Of a stretch of DNA of 64,000 nucleotides, positions 1 through 8,846 are shown one piece after another. Position 1 is the stretch's first letter. Every line of letters starts with the position of its first letter. The position numbers and the translations under genes are program-made. The notes beneath the pieces are model-generated. The model was not told where the DNA came from. It searched no databases and worked only from the letters and a program-made list of their open reading frames with translations. Source of the DNA: Candidatus Magasanikbacteria bacterium RIFCSPHIGHO2_01_FULL_33_34 (GTDB lineage: Bacteria > Patescibacteriota > Patescibacteriia > Magasanikbacterales > UBA922); NCBI GenBank assembly GCA_001782825.1, contig MFPS01000009.1, forward strand, positions 31,770 through 95,769, read 5' to 3'.

Positions 1-685
1 CTACTTCATATTTATCCAAAAATAATTTCCAAGCTTTCAATAAACTATCCAGATTTTTGTGCGGATAAGCTGAGCCCACATATAATGCGTATGGTTTAAC
101 TATATTATGCTTACTTAAAACCACATCATTGTTAATTGTAAATTGTAAATTGTTAATTGTTGTAAATGGCGCTTGATAAATTGTTGCCATCTTGTTCATT
201 GATACACCCAAAGTTTTATTTATATCATCTTTGGTAAATTCACTGGTAGTAATTATATGTTTTGCTTTTTTTACTGCATTTCTGATGACTATACGATGTA
301 CAAAATCTTTTAACCAAAATTTTATAGGCCCCAATGTAGTTGCTTCTGGTCTAGGAAAATGAAACATTATCAAATCATGAATAGTGACTATATACAAACC
401 ATTATAAAACAAAGGTATATTCCAATGAGGAAAATGCATCAAATCTACTTTTTCTCTTTTAATTATTTTATTTAATTTTATTTGCTCTGCCCAGCTATAC
501 CATGATATATCTGCCTCAACTTGTTTAAAATTTTTACTTTTAAACTTATTATTATCAATCTTTTTTACAAATAAAATATATTGATTATTATTATCAATTT
601 TTTGCAAACTTAGAATCAATTGTTCCACATAACGCCCGATACCAAAGCCACCGCCCATCATTCTAGCGTCAATTCCTATACGCAT
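1..685 (-). CDS. Glycosyltransferase family GT4 (group 1), partial: N-terminal part only, C-terminus lies beyond the window edge
   Basis: Manual translation of the minus strand from ATG at 683-685 gives MRIGIDARMMGGGFGIGRYVEQLILSL..., typical of the GT4 N-terminal domain. It is not in the ORF track because it runs off the window. Confidence 0.6.
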   Translation of the reverse strand, partial: MRIGIDARMMGGGFGIGRYVEQLILSLQKIDNNNQYILFVKKIDNNKFKSKNFKQVEADISWYSWAEQIKLNKIIKREKVDLMHFPHWNIPLFYNGLYIVTIHDLIMFHFPRPEATTLGPIKFWLKDFVHRIVIRNAVKKAKHIITTSEFTKDDINKTLGVSMNKMATIYQAPFTTINNLQFTINNDVVLSKHNIVKPYALYVGSAYPHKNLDSLLKAWKLFLDKYEV

Positions 686-688
686 AAA

Positions 689-1555
689 TTATTTTGTATC
701 ATTATTAATTATTCCTCCGTCACCACAAATATCTTTAGCCTCTTTTAACAAATTTTCCAACTTTTTATCCTTTATACCCAAATTTTTCAATAAATAAATT
801 TTTTCTGGTAAATCCTGAACCAAAACTACATTATTGTCCAAAAGCATACGTTTTTCATTATCATTAATTGTAGTCAAACATGTCAATGGGTGTAAACCAG
901 TCTCTTCAATCAACACTTCCACCCCTCTACCTTTTGGATAATTCCAACCTATCATCTTCATTCCATTGCACTCACCATAAGCAATAGCATCTTGTGATAA
1001 TCGAGTATTTGTAATCACCCATGCTTTATGTATTTTATGGCACAATTTTTTATCATCCATTTTTTCCAAAATATCACGAAATCTAGAATGAACATACAAT
1101 GCTACTTTGACATCTGTTGACCGCGCTTGATCAGCATGAAATTTACACTCCATAAAATAATGCTTCTCATCATTTTTTGCCACGACATCAACTTCATGAT
1201 TTACACACTTACCTTTTACAACTACACCAACCTGAACATTGAAACCTTTTCTATTAAATATCTCACCAATAAATCTCTCAAAAGGAAATCCTGTAGGCCC
1301 TAAAGCAGTAATAGCCTTTTTTAAACTATAACGCGCAGCAATCGGTCTAGCATTTTCTCTTTTTAAAATTTTATAAGCCAAATTATATATATCTTGAGTT
1401 TTAGTTCCAGACACCAAATTTTTTTCTACTTCCAAAGCAATCTGTCTAGCAAGCGCTGGATAAGCACCAGAACGCATCAAAGATTTTTCAACTTTTGCTC
1501 TTATAAATGGCGCAGTATCACCAGATTCCTTTATTATATTGATTTTTTTATTCAT
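689..1555 (-). CDS. ATP-cone domain protein fused to an Mrr-like (PD-(D/E)xK) restriction-endonuclease catalytic domain
   Basis: The N-terminus (IIKESGDTAPFIRAKVEKSLMRSG...IAARYSL) matches the ATP-cone pattern seen in NrdR and RNR N-termini. The C-terminus (FERFIGEIF..GFNV..EVDVVAK..YFMECKFH) matches the Mrr_cat D...ExK layout. The start overlaps the upstream GT4 gene by 8 nt. Confidence 0.55.
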   Translation of the reverse strand: MNKKINIIKESGDTAPFIRAKVEKSLMRSGAYPALARQIALEVEKNLVSGTKTQDIYNLAYKILKRENARPIAARYSLKKAITALGPTGFPFERFIGEIFNRKGFNVQVGVVVKGKCVNHEVDVVAKNDEKHYFMECKFHADQARSTDVKVALYVHSRFRDILEKMDDKKLCHKIHKAWVITNTRLSQDAIAYGECNGMKMIGWNYPKGRGVEVLIEETGLHPLTCLTTINDNEKRMLLDNNVVLVQDLPEKIYLLKNLGIKDKKLENLLKEAKDICGDGGIINNDTK

Positions 1556-2678
1556 AATTTATATTTAATAATTGCAAAAAATTTTCAGCTGTATTTCTCC
1601 ATCTAAATCTTTTTGATCTTTCTATAGCCTTGTTAGAAAAATAATCCCCCAATTCTTTATCCTCAACAAGTTTCAATATACCTTCTGTAATTTCATAAAT
1701 ATTAGTCGGATTTACCAAATATCCAGAATTTCCAACCACTTCTGTCAATGAAGATCTATTACTCGTGAGTACTGGAGTTCCGACTGCCATTGCTTCTAAA
1801 ACAGGAAATCCAAAGCCTTCATACAAACTCGGATAGGCAAATACTTTGGCAAGCTTGTATAGCATTGGTTTGTCAGCCGAATCAATATATCCAATATACC
1901 TTACATTTGCTGTATTTTCCATCATTTTTTTTACTTCTGTATTTTTAGAACCCATAGACCCAGCGACAATCAACTCATAATCTTTGTTTTTTAAACCAGT
2001 TTTTTCAAAAGCTTTTATCAGACCAATAATATTTTTTCTTGGCTCAACTGTTCCCAAAAATAAGATAAAATTTTCTGGTAAATTATATTTTAATTTAATT
2101 GATTCTTCACTAATTTTAGTTTCCTGCAAAAAAATAGAGGAAAGTCCAGGATAAATTACATTAATTTTATTTTTTTTAACTTTATATGTTTCAATAATAT
2201 CATTCTTTGTATTTTCTGAAGGAGTCAGAATTATACTGGCATTTTGGCAAAGTTTTTTGGGATTGATAATCTTATGCCACAACTTTTGTTTTGTATAAAA
2301 ACAATCTTCAAAATATTCAAATGACAAATCATGTATAGTTAATATCTGTTTTACTTTTGATGAAAATGCAGAAAAATTTATATTCGGAGAAAAAAAATAA
2401 TCTATTTTTTCTGGCATCATTTTATCTAACTTTGGATATTTAAAAAACTGTAATGAAAAATTAAATAACTTATTTGGGTATTTAAAATTAATAATTTCTA
2501 CATTATCTTGTTGCCATTTTGGAATATTAGCACTAACATCAGATAAAGAATTATAAAAAAGATAATACTTATTTTGTTTATCTATTTTAAACAATTCATT
2601 CAAAAATTCATAAGTATATTCACCAACTCCAGTTCGCACCGGATCCATTAATGATCGGATATCTATTGCAATATTCAT
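1548..2678 (-). CDS. Glycosyltransferase family GT4
   Basis: C-terminal GT4 signature YPSLYEGFGFPVLEAMAVGTPVLTS and EPRKN motif. Abuts the next GT gene with a 1-nt gap. Confidence 0.85.
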   Translation of the reverse strand: MNIAIDIRSLMDPVRTGVGEYTYEFLNELFKIDKQNKYYLFYNSLSDVSANIPKWQQDNVEIINFKYPNKLFNFSLQFFKYPKLDKMMPEKIDYFFSPNINFSAFSSKVKQILTIHDLSFEYFEDCFYTKQKLWHKIINPKKLCQNASIILTPSENTKNDIIETYKVKKNKINVIYPGLSSIFLQETKISEESIKLKYNLPENFILFLGTVEPRKNIIGLIKAFEKTGLKNKDYELIVAGSMGSKNTEVKKMMENTANVRYIGYIDSADKPMLYKLAKVFAYPSLYEGFGFPVLEAMAVGTPVLTSNRSSLTEVVGNSGYLVNPTNIYEITEGILKLVEDKELGDYFSNKAIERSKRFRWRNTAENFLQLLNINYE

Positions 2679-2679
2679 A

Positions 2680-3801
2680 TTATAATGGAATTCTGCACTG
2701 GCTTAAATCCTGTTTAAAATTCTCATATTTATCATTTATATACTTTTCTATTCTTTCCTTAAAATAAATAGAAGAAAATTTTTCTGCATGATTTTTAATG
2801 ATTTTACTATTCCAAACATTAGCATCAAAATTCAAAACCGCATCCAACAATGACTCCCATGTCTGTTCTTTAAAAAATACCCCAGTCACACCTGGTATCA
2901 CTGTCTCACTTGCCCCACCTACTGGATAAGCAATTACTGGCCGTCCACTGGCCATTGCTTCAATTTGTGTAATCCCCAAATCCTCAACCTGCGGATGAAT
3001 AAAGGCCTTGGATTGACTCAATAAATCAGCTTTTTCTTTGTCAGTTATCTTACCCAAAAATTCAATATTTGGTAAAGCAATATTTTTCAAATTTTCTAAC
3101 TCCGGTCCATCACCAAAAATTTTTATTGGATATCGCAAACGATTAAAAACCTCTACAATCAAATCAAATCTTTTATACTTCACTATCCTGCCACCAGAAA
3201 CAAAATAATTACCAATAATGTCACTAATATAAAATTTATCAGTATCGACAGGAGGATATATAATATCACTATCTCGTCTATAATATTTATGAATTCTTTG
3301 GCGAACTGTATCAGAATTAGCAATAAATTGATCTACTCTGTCTACACTCATTTTATCCCAAATTCTCATCCTATGAATCAATCTTGGAAGCAATGACTTT
3401 ACCACTGCATTATATTTCAAATCAGCAATATACTCATGAGTATCCGTCCAAAGATATCTAGTCGGTGTATGACAATATGATATATGCATAGTTTCTGGAC
3501 GAGTCAATACACCTTTTGCAAAAGCACTGGTTGAAGACAAAACAATATCAAAATCATGCAAATTGTGGCGTTCTGTTGCTACCGGCATAAACGGCAAAAA
3601 CCATTGATAATGATCTCTACCACCTGGTATTTTAGCAATAAAAGATTCTCTAATATCCAAATTACTAAATCTTGGCATTTTTGATTTATCATAAAACAAA
3701 ACAAAAATAGGCGCTTCTGGCCATATTTCATGAAACGCTTGTAAAACTCTTTCTGCTCCCCCATCCTGAGCTAAATAATCATGTACTAGAGCAATTTTCA
3801 T
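2680..3801 (-). CDS. Glycosyltransferase family GT4
   Basis: MKIALVHDYLAQDGGAERV N-terminus and HPQVEDLGITQIEAMASGRPVIAYPVGG GT4 C-terminal motif. Confidence 0.85.
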   Translation of the reverse strand: MKIALVHDYLAQDGGAERVLQAFHEIWPEAPIFVLFYDKSKMPRFSNLDIRESFIAKIPGGRDHYQWFLPFMPVATERHNLHDFDIVLSSTSAFAKGVLTRPETMHISYCHTPTRYLWTDTHEYIADLKYNAVVKSLLPRLIHRMRIWDKMSVDRVDQFIANSDTVRQRIHKYYRRDSDIIYPPVDTDKFYISDIIGNYFVSGGRIVKYKRFDLIVEVFNRLRYPIKIFGDGPELENLKNIALPNIEFLGKITDKEKADLLSQSKAFIHPQVEDLGITQIEAMASGRPVIAYPVGGASETVIPGVTGVFFKEQTWESLLDAVLNFDANVWNSKIIKNHAEKFSSIYFKERIEKYINDKYENFKQDLSQCRIPL

Positions 3802-3872
3802 ATATTTATTAAACTATATTATCAAAATTATGACCTTATATCAAGACAGACTTTTTATCACTTTTTTAAAGA

Positions 3873-5297
3873 TTATAATGCTTTTCTCTTCTTAAATAAT
3901 ATAAATGGAGTTTTAATAAAAATTACCAAATCAATCCACAAACTCCATTTTTCAATATAAAAAACATCCAATCTCATTTCCTCTGCAAAAGTTAAGTCAC
4001 TCCTGCCTGAGATTTGTGCCAGTCCAGTAATTCCTGGCTTTAAAGACAATACATAACGATATTCACTTTCATATTTATCAACTTCTCTAGGCTGATGCGG
4101 TCTAGGACCCACAATACTCATACTTCCACCCAATACATTAAAAAACTGAGGTAATTCATCTATGCTCCAACGCCTTATAAATCTTCCAAATTTTGTTACT
4201 CTAGGATCATCTGTAATTTTATAAATTGGGCCATCTTTGATACTTTTTTCTTTTATTAAATCTTTTTCTCTCTCTTCAGCATGGACACCTTCTTCACCAA
4301 ATTGTTTTCCCGTACAATCTTTTTTATACATTGATCGAAATTTTAAAGTAAAAAACTTTTTACTCTTCAAACCAACTCTTTCATTTTTATAAATTATTGG
4401 TAATCCTGTTTCAAAAAAAATAAATACAGAAGTAAAAATCATTATTGGGCTCACAATTACAAGCACAAAAATACTCATAACAATATCAAAAATTCGTTTC
4501 AATATCCTTGCCCAACCTTCAAGAGGTGTCGAGCGCAACTCAACAATCGGTATTCCGGCTAATGGGCTTACACGCATATTTGATGAAAAAGTATCAAATA
4601 AATCTGCTGAATATTTAAAGACAATCTGATGTTCATTACAATATTTAATTGCTTGTAATGTTTCTGTCTCATGAGCACGAGGATTTGTAAAAATTATTTC
4701 ATCAACTTTTAGATTATGAAGTGTACTAATTGTAGAATTATCAAAATGCACAAACTGCCCCACTATCAAATAACCCATTTCTTTGTGATCTTTCAAAAAA
4801 TTAATTATTTCATCCGCCGATGTCCCATGATGTCCGATAACAACAATTTTTCTAGACCCTATACCCGCCTTATACAATCTCCTCTTAAAAAGACGCATAG
4901 CAATCCTACCCAACACCATATAAACTACCGCAAATACCCAACTAACTACCACCAAAAATCTAGAATCAAAAACTTGTTGTCTAAACATTACATACACAGC
5001 AACCAAAGCAAGACCCGATGAACAAGCAAAAATCACTTTTTGTAATTCTGGTAAAAGTTTTCTATTGGGATCAGTGGAATAAAGTCCGGCAAAAGCAAAT
5101 ATTATTATCCAGACAAGTGCAATCGGCAACACTAACGAGATATATTCATTTGCCGATATATCAAATATTACCGGTTTCCAATCTACTGCCCAATCACTAA
5201 AACGCAAATAATAGGCAGAAATAGCTGCAAACAACAACAATAATAAATCCACTGGAACTTGTATGGCAGTAATAAATAATTCAGATCTTTTCATCAT
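3873..5297 (-). CDS. Polyprenyl-phosphate sugar phosphotransferase (bacterial sugar transferase, WbaP/EpsL-like priming enzyme)
   Basis: Several N-terminal TM helices. C-terminal catalytic domain with KFRSM...GPRP...SLKPGITGLAQISGRSD, the hallmark of PF02397. Confidence 0.85.
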   Translation of the reverse strand: MMKRSELFITAIQVPVDLLLLLFAAISAYYLRFSDWAVDWKPVIFDISANEYISLVLPIALVWIIIFAFAGLYSTDPNRKLLPELQKVIFACSSGLALVAVYVMFRQQVFDSRFLVVVSWVFAVVYMVLGRIAMRLFKRRLYKAGIGSRKIVVIGHHGTSADEIINFLKDHKEMGYLIVGQFVHFDNSTISTLHNLKVDEIIFTNPRAHETETLQAIKYCNEHQIVFKYSADLFDTFSSNMRVSPLAGIPIVELRSTPLEGWARILKRIFDIVMSIFVLVIVSPIMIFTSVFIFFETGLPIIYKNERVGLKSKKFFTLKFRSMYKKDCTGKQFGEEGVHAEEREKDLIKEKSIKDGPIYKITDDPRVTKFGRFIRRWSIDELPQFFNVLGGSMSIVGPRPHQPREVDKYESEYRYVLSLKPGITGLAQISGRSDLTFAEEMRLDVFYIEKWSLWIDLVIFIKTPFILFKKRKAL

Positions 5298-5373
5298 AAT
5301 ATTTTGCTTATTATAGTTATATATTAGCCCAAAAAATACAATCAGTCAATTTTATTTTTTTATGAAAAACACT

Positions 5374-5401
5374 TGACAAAAACACAAAAATATGCTATAT
5401 T
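5374..5401 (+). promoter_or_regulatory. Sigma70-type promoter of rnpB (TTGACA, 16-nt spacer, TATATT)
   Basis: TTGACA at 5374-5379 and TATATT at 5396-5401, read directly. The same CACTTGACAAA -35 context recurs at 63301. Confidence 0.6.
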
Positions 5402-5404
5402 GAA

Positions 5405-5806
5405 GCCATCTTGTTCATTATAAATGATCGCGTCACACTACTTGTGTGATGAGGAAAGTCCGAACTTCCTCTATTAAACCAGAAAAAATGTAGCGGGTAA
5501 TACCCGTCGGTGTACTGGTGACAGTACATTAGGGACAGTGCCACAGAGACTATACTAGTCCTAATTTATTAGGATAAAACGTGAAAAGAGTATGGAAGTT
5601 TTTATTCTTAAGACAAAAGCTACTATACTTCCTCCGCTATCCAGCGGGGGACGGTAAACCCTACATGGGAGAAAGAGCAGCGTTCTAATTTATTAGTTCG
5701 AAAAGTTAGCTCGTTTGAACTAAATAGCAATATTTAGTCTAGAGAAATGATCATTGCTTGATTTATCAAGTTACAAAATTCGGCTTACTGTAATGAACAA
5801 GATATA
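5405..5806 (+). ncRNA. rnpB: RNase P RNA (bacterial type A)
   Basis: Conserved P4 strands GAGGAAAGTCCGAAC (5') and ACAAAATTCGGCTTA (3'). Internal GGGTAATACCCG, CCACAGAGAC and GGTAAACCC motifs. P1 helix: 5408-5420 ATCTTGTTCATTA pairs with 5791-5803 TAATGAACAAGAT. Confidence 0.9.
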
Positions 5807-5834
5807 AAAAATCCGACATTAGTCGGTTTTTTTA
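5806..5834 (+). terminator. Rho-independent terminator after rnpB
   Basis: Hairpin CCGAC-atta-GTCGG followed by a T7 run. Confidence 0.6.
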
Positions 5835-6087
5835 TATTTAATAAGTGCTGACATATTAACCTTTGCACGAACCCACTTCACACACGTGGAGCGCGTGGTG
5901 GCTCCTGACTAAATCGTAAACTCGGATTTCACACCTCGTCCGCCCAGTGAGTACACAAATCCCCGCCGTTTTAAGAAGGTATTATAAAACGGCTGGAATT
6001 ACTCCCTTGAGTTATAAAAAAGAAAAGGCACCCAGAGGGACAAAGTCCATGGGTACCCAGATGTGACCGAAGTCACGTAGTGGTTGT

Positions 6088-6942
6088 TTAGGCGGTGATG
6101 CCAAAACCTTCGAGTGTCACCTTCGCGACCCGCTTGCCAAGCTCCTCGTCCTTGAAGCGCTGGGCGTTGATGTACGGGCCAGAGCCGAAGAAGCCACTGT
6201 CGACCGAGAAGCCATGCACGGTACCGTTCATGATGGCCTCGAGCACTTCTTCCTCAGTCCAACTGTAGAGGTTGTTCTTCGGGTTGCGCACCTCTTCGGT
6301 CTGACCGACGAGATGGAAGAAGCTGGCTTCCTCCTTGAGATCGGTGAACACGAGCGGTTGGTTGTTGTAATACTTCCAGACGTTGCCGCGTTCGATGAGC
6401 TCGATCCACGACTCCTCGGCGCTGGTCGAACCGCCTTCCATGAACCGGACATCGTAAAACGGCCACGAAGAGCCGTCGTTACGACGCTGGTGCATGTGAT
6501 GGTAGTCGATACGGCCAATTGTCATCTCGTGCTCGCTACCGTCGTGCGGGAAGCGCACGCGGACCTTGTCCTGTTCCCAGACCTTGGTTTCCGGCAGATC
6601 GCCGAGGCGAACTTGCGGAGTGCGCAGTATGCCATCGGCTCCGCGGAGAGCGGCGTCGCGACGCTTCTCCTGGTCCTTGTCGACCATCTCGATTGACCAG
6701 TCGCCGGGAACGATGCGTCCGTCCGAGAGCCAGACTGACACCGCGCCCTTGCGATGATAGACGCCGGGCTGGTGCACGAGAACCCGAACGCGAGACTCGT
6801 AGATCACGGCATCATAGAAGCCACAAACAATACCCTTGGTGCCATCGGGGACATCATTGTAGATGTCCGTCCACGCACGGCGTTCGGGGTCAACCTTGAA
6901 GACAACTTCATCGCCAATCTGTAAAAGTTCAGTGAGTGTCAT
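6088..6942 (-). CDS. Hypothetical protein encoded by a strongly GC-rich (foreign-composition) gene; function unknown
   Basis: Uninterrupted ORF. Codon third positions are GC-rich, in sharp contrast to all neighbours. The likely start is MTLTELLQIGDEVVFKV at 6940-6942, because the upstream part of the tracked ORF is AT-rich. No recognizable family. Confidence 0.6.
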   Translation of the reverse strand: MTLTELLQIGDEVVFKVDPERRAWTDIYNDVPDGTKGIVCGFYDAVIYESRVRVLVHQPGVYHRKGAVSVWLSDGRIVPGDWSIEMVDKDQEKRRDAALRGADGILRTPQVRLGDLPETKVWEQDKVRVRFPHDGSEHEMTIGRIDYHHMHQRRNDGSSWPFYDVRFMEGGSTSAEESWIELIERGNVWKYYNNQPLVFTDLKEEASFFHLVGQTEEVRNPKNNLYSWTEEEVLEAIMNGTVHGFSVDSGFFGSGPYINAQRFKDEELGKRVAKVTLEGFGITA

Positions 6943-7199
6943 TTGTAATACCTTCTGTTTGGGTTGAGAATGTTCAAATTTTAAGACACAATAGTTCACC
7001 TGAACTAATTATACTAGCAGATAAATAACTCTATGTCAAGAAGTTGTATAGTTAACATCTAATAATAACAAAAAGTCTATATTTTAAGGCTTTTTCTTAG
7101 TTTAAGTTTTTGATTAAAAAATTTTCTTTTCCAAAAACTGAATACAAATTAGTCACAAAGCAAAGTGAAGCTAATATTTCAATTTTTAAATTTCCTTTC

Positions 7200-7287
7200 T
7201 GGTGCTCAGGAGAAGACTCGAACTTCCACAGGCATTACGCCCACAGGCCCCTCAAGCCTGCGTGTCTACCAATTTCACCACCTGAGC
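7200..7287 (-). tRNA. tRNA-Leu (anticodon GAG), class II with long variable arm, CCA encoded
   Basis: The reverse complement reads GCTCAGGTGGTGAAATTGGTAGACACGCAGGCTTGAGGGGCCTGTGGGCGTAATGCCTGTGGAAGTTCGAGTCTTCTCCTGAGCACCA. The 7-bp acceptor stem pairs. Anticodon stem CAGGC/GCCTG with loop TTGAGGG. T-arm GTTCGAGTC. Confidence 0.85.
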
Positions 7288-7333
7288 ATATTTCTCTTCT
7301 ATTCTATAATGAATATAATTTTACCTAACAGCC

Positions 7334-7431
7334 AACATACATAATTATTCTTTTTACGGATTTGTCGCCACAACAGGCGACACCTCGGAGCCCGCAGGCG
7401 AGAATGAGTAAAAAGAATAATTATGTATGTT
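7334..7431. repeat. Structured repeat element copy 1: about 50-nt core (ACGGATTTG-hairpin-ACCTCGGAGCC...GCGAGAAT) nested in a perfect 24-bp inverted repeat
   Basis: 7334-7357 AACATACATAATTATTCTTTTTAC is the exact reverse complement of 7408-7431. The core contains hairpin GTCGCC-acaacag-GGCGAC. A second core copy lies at 45648. Confidence 0.7.
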
Positions 7432-7480
7432 TGGAACGAATTTGAACGAGAATGAATAAAATAAATTATATTTTTATGTA

Positions 7481-8248
7481 TCAAAACCGCCTATCTTTCC
7501 CAACAATCATCTCAATTCTATTTTTTGCCAACTTTATTACAATCTTTGTTTCCTTGGTTATAGTGCCATCAGCTTCCACTTGGAAAGGTTTACTTCCTGT
7601 AATAACCATTTCTTCAAATGGAAACAAACTCGGATCTTCATACTTATCACTAAACATTCCCTTGCCAGACATTGGACGTAAAAAAGCTTCCAATTTACCA
7701 TCTTGCGGATGGACAATAAAATCCTCTTTACCTTTTCTATTCCAGACAAATGGCTGTAAATTACAAACTACCAACTCCATTTTTTTGTGCTTTCCAAATA
7801 CTTTAAATTTTTCATCATACTCTACAGTTATATCACTCGCTGGAATATAAAGCTGAGAAATAAAATATCTATTGCGATTACTAATCCACCCAATATCTAA
7901 ATTAATTTTTCTTCTTTGAGAAAGCACATCACAAGCGTCCTCACCCTCTGGAATTCCCAAAACTTCTGCAATAGTATTTTTAGGTCCTACTGGCAAAAAA
8001 CCAAAAAGCACCCTACAGGCTGCTCCTCGAGACAAAACCCTGCCAAAAGTTTCATCATTTCCAACTATTACAATTACAGTAGCCCCTTTCTTAATTTCCT
8101 CTTCAATTATGGCTTCCGTATTTGTAAAATTTTGAAGTCTAATTATTTTACCTGCAATTTCAAAATCTGTCAACCTAGTCTCAATAGCTTTTACGGTTGA
8201 ATCAAATTTTTTACTTCTAAGGTAATTGTCATATAAATAAACATACAT
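7481..8248 (-). CDS. Diacylglycerol-kinase catalytic-domain (YegS/BmrU-like lipid kinase) family protein, degenerate GGDGT motif
   Basis: ATVIVIVGNDETFGRVL aligns to the DAGK_cat (I/V)VxGGDGT region, but the motif reads GNDET. Overall length and layout fit the YegS-like family. Confidence 0.5.
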   Translation of the reverse strand: MYVYLYDNYLRSKKFDSTVKAIETRLTDFEIAGKIIRLQNFTNTEAIIEEEIKKGATVIVIVGNDETFGRVLSRGAACRVLFGFLPVGPKNTIAEVLGIPEGEDACDVLSQRRKINLDIGWISNRNRYFISQLYIPASDITVEYDEKFKVFGKHKKMELVVCNLQPFVWNRKGKEDFIVHPQDGKLEAFLRPMSGKGMFSDKYEDPSLFPFEEMVITGSKPFQVEADGTITKETKIVIKLAKNRIEMIVGKDRRF

Positions 8249-8278
8249 AAATCAGTCATATACCAGTTACAATCCAAA

Positions 8279-8743
8279 TTATTTATCTTTTTTATCATCA
8301 TCTTTAACAATTCCTCTGATTAATCCAGATTTTTTATCACTTTTTGGGTCATCTATTTCCAATCCTTTCATTGTAACTTTTCCCCTGATTAATGCACCAG
8401 CTTCAATTACCAAGACACCACACTCAATATCCCCTAAAACTTGCGCAGTTGAAGTAAGCTCAAGTCTATCATCAACTTTTACATTACCTTTAACAACTCC
8501 AGAAACTACAGCATTACCAGCTTTTACACTTGCTAAAACTTTAGAACCTTTCTCAGATGTAAATAATTTACTAGTTTTTACATTTCCAGACACAATACCT
8601 TTTACCAAAATATTACCTTCTGAAGAAAAATCACCTTCTACGTGTACTGATGGGCCAACCACAGTCTCTACATCATCATGTTGTTTTGTATGCTGTGCAT
8701 TAATTTGAGACTCTGATTCGCTATAATTTGGTTTTTGAAACAT
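8279..8743 (-). CDS. Bactofilin (DUF583, CcmA-like cytoskeletal polymer)
   Basis: Repeated beta-helical GN(I/V)xVxGxVxGNV segments (GNILVKGIVSGNVKTS, GNAVVSGVVKGNVKVD, LVIEAGALIRGKV). Start chosen at MFQKPNY; the tracked ORF extends to 8797. Confidence 0.75.
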   Translation of the reverse strand: MFQKPNYSESESQINAQHTKQHDDVETVVGPSVHVEGDFSSEGNILVKGIVSGNVKTSKLFTSEKGSKVLASVKAGNAVVSGVVKGNVKVDDRLELTSTAQVLGDIECGVLVIEAGALIRGKVTMKGLEIDDPKSDKKSGLIRGIVKDDDKKDK

Positions 8744-8846
8744 ATATAATAGATTAAATAATATAAATATATTACAACAATTACAACTATTTTGCAACTA
8801 TACAAAATAATTAATTATTTATTATTTTGTTATATTGAGAATCAAA

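Noticed and set aside
4716-5200. Plus-strand ORFs of 101 and 60 aa inside the sugar-transferase gene, and similar small antisense ORFs listed throughout the track (e.g. 1394..1606, 3579..3764, 9267..9554, 61338..61673).
   Set aside because: They are embedded antisense in well-supported conserved genes and have low-complexity, AT-codon-biased products. Treated as frame noise.
6214-6899. Several long plus-strand ORFs (160, 126, 63 aa) and extra minus-strand ORFs inside the GC-rich gene.
   Set aside because: High-GC DNA yields long spurious open frames on all strands. Their products are low-complexity (Arg/Ala/Pro-rich) and they sit antisense or out-of-frame to the one full-length ORF that spans the island.
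8279-8797. N-terminal CNCCN Cys cluster of the tracked bactofilin ORF, as a possible metal-binding extension.
   Set aside because: It lies upstream of the more likely start (MFQKPNY) in an AT-rich stretch and is probably not translated.
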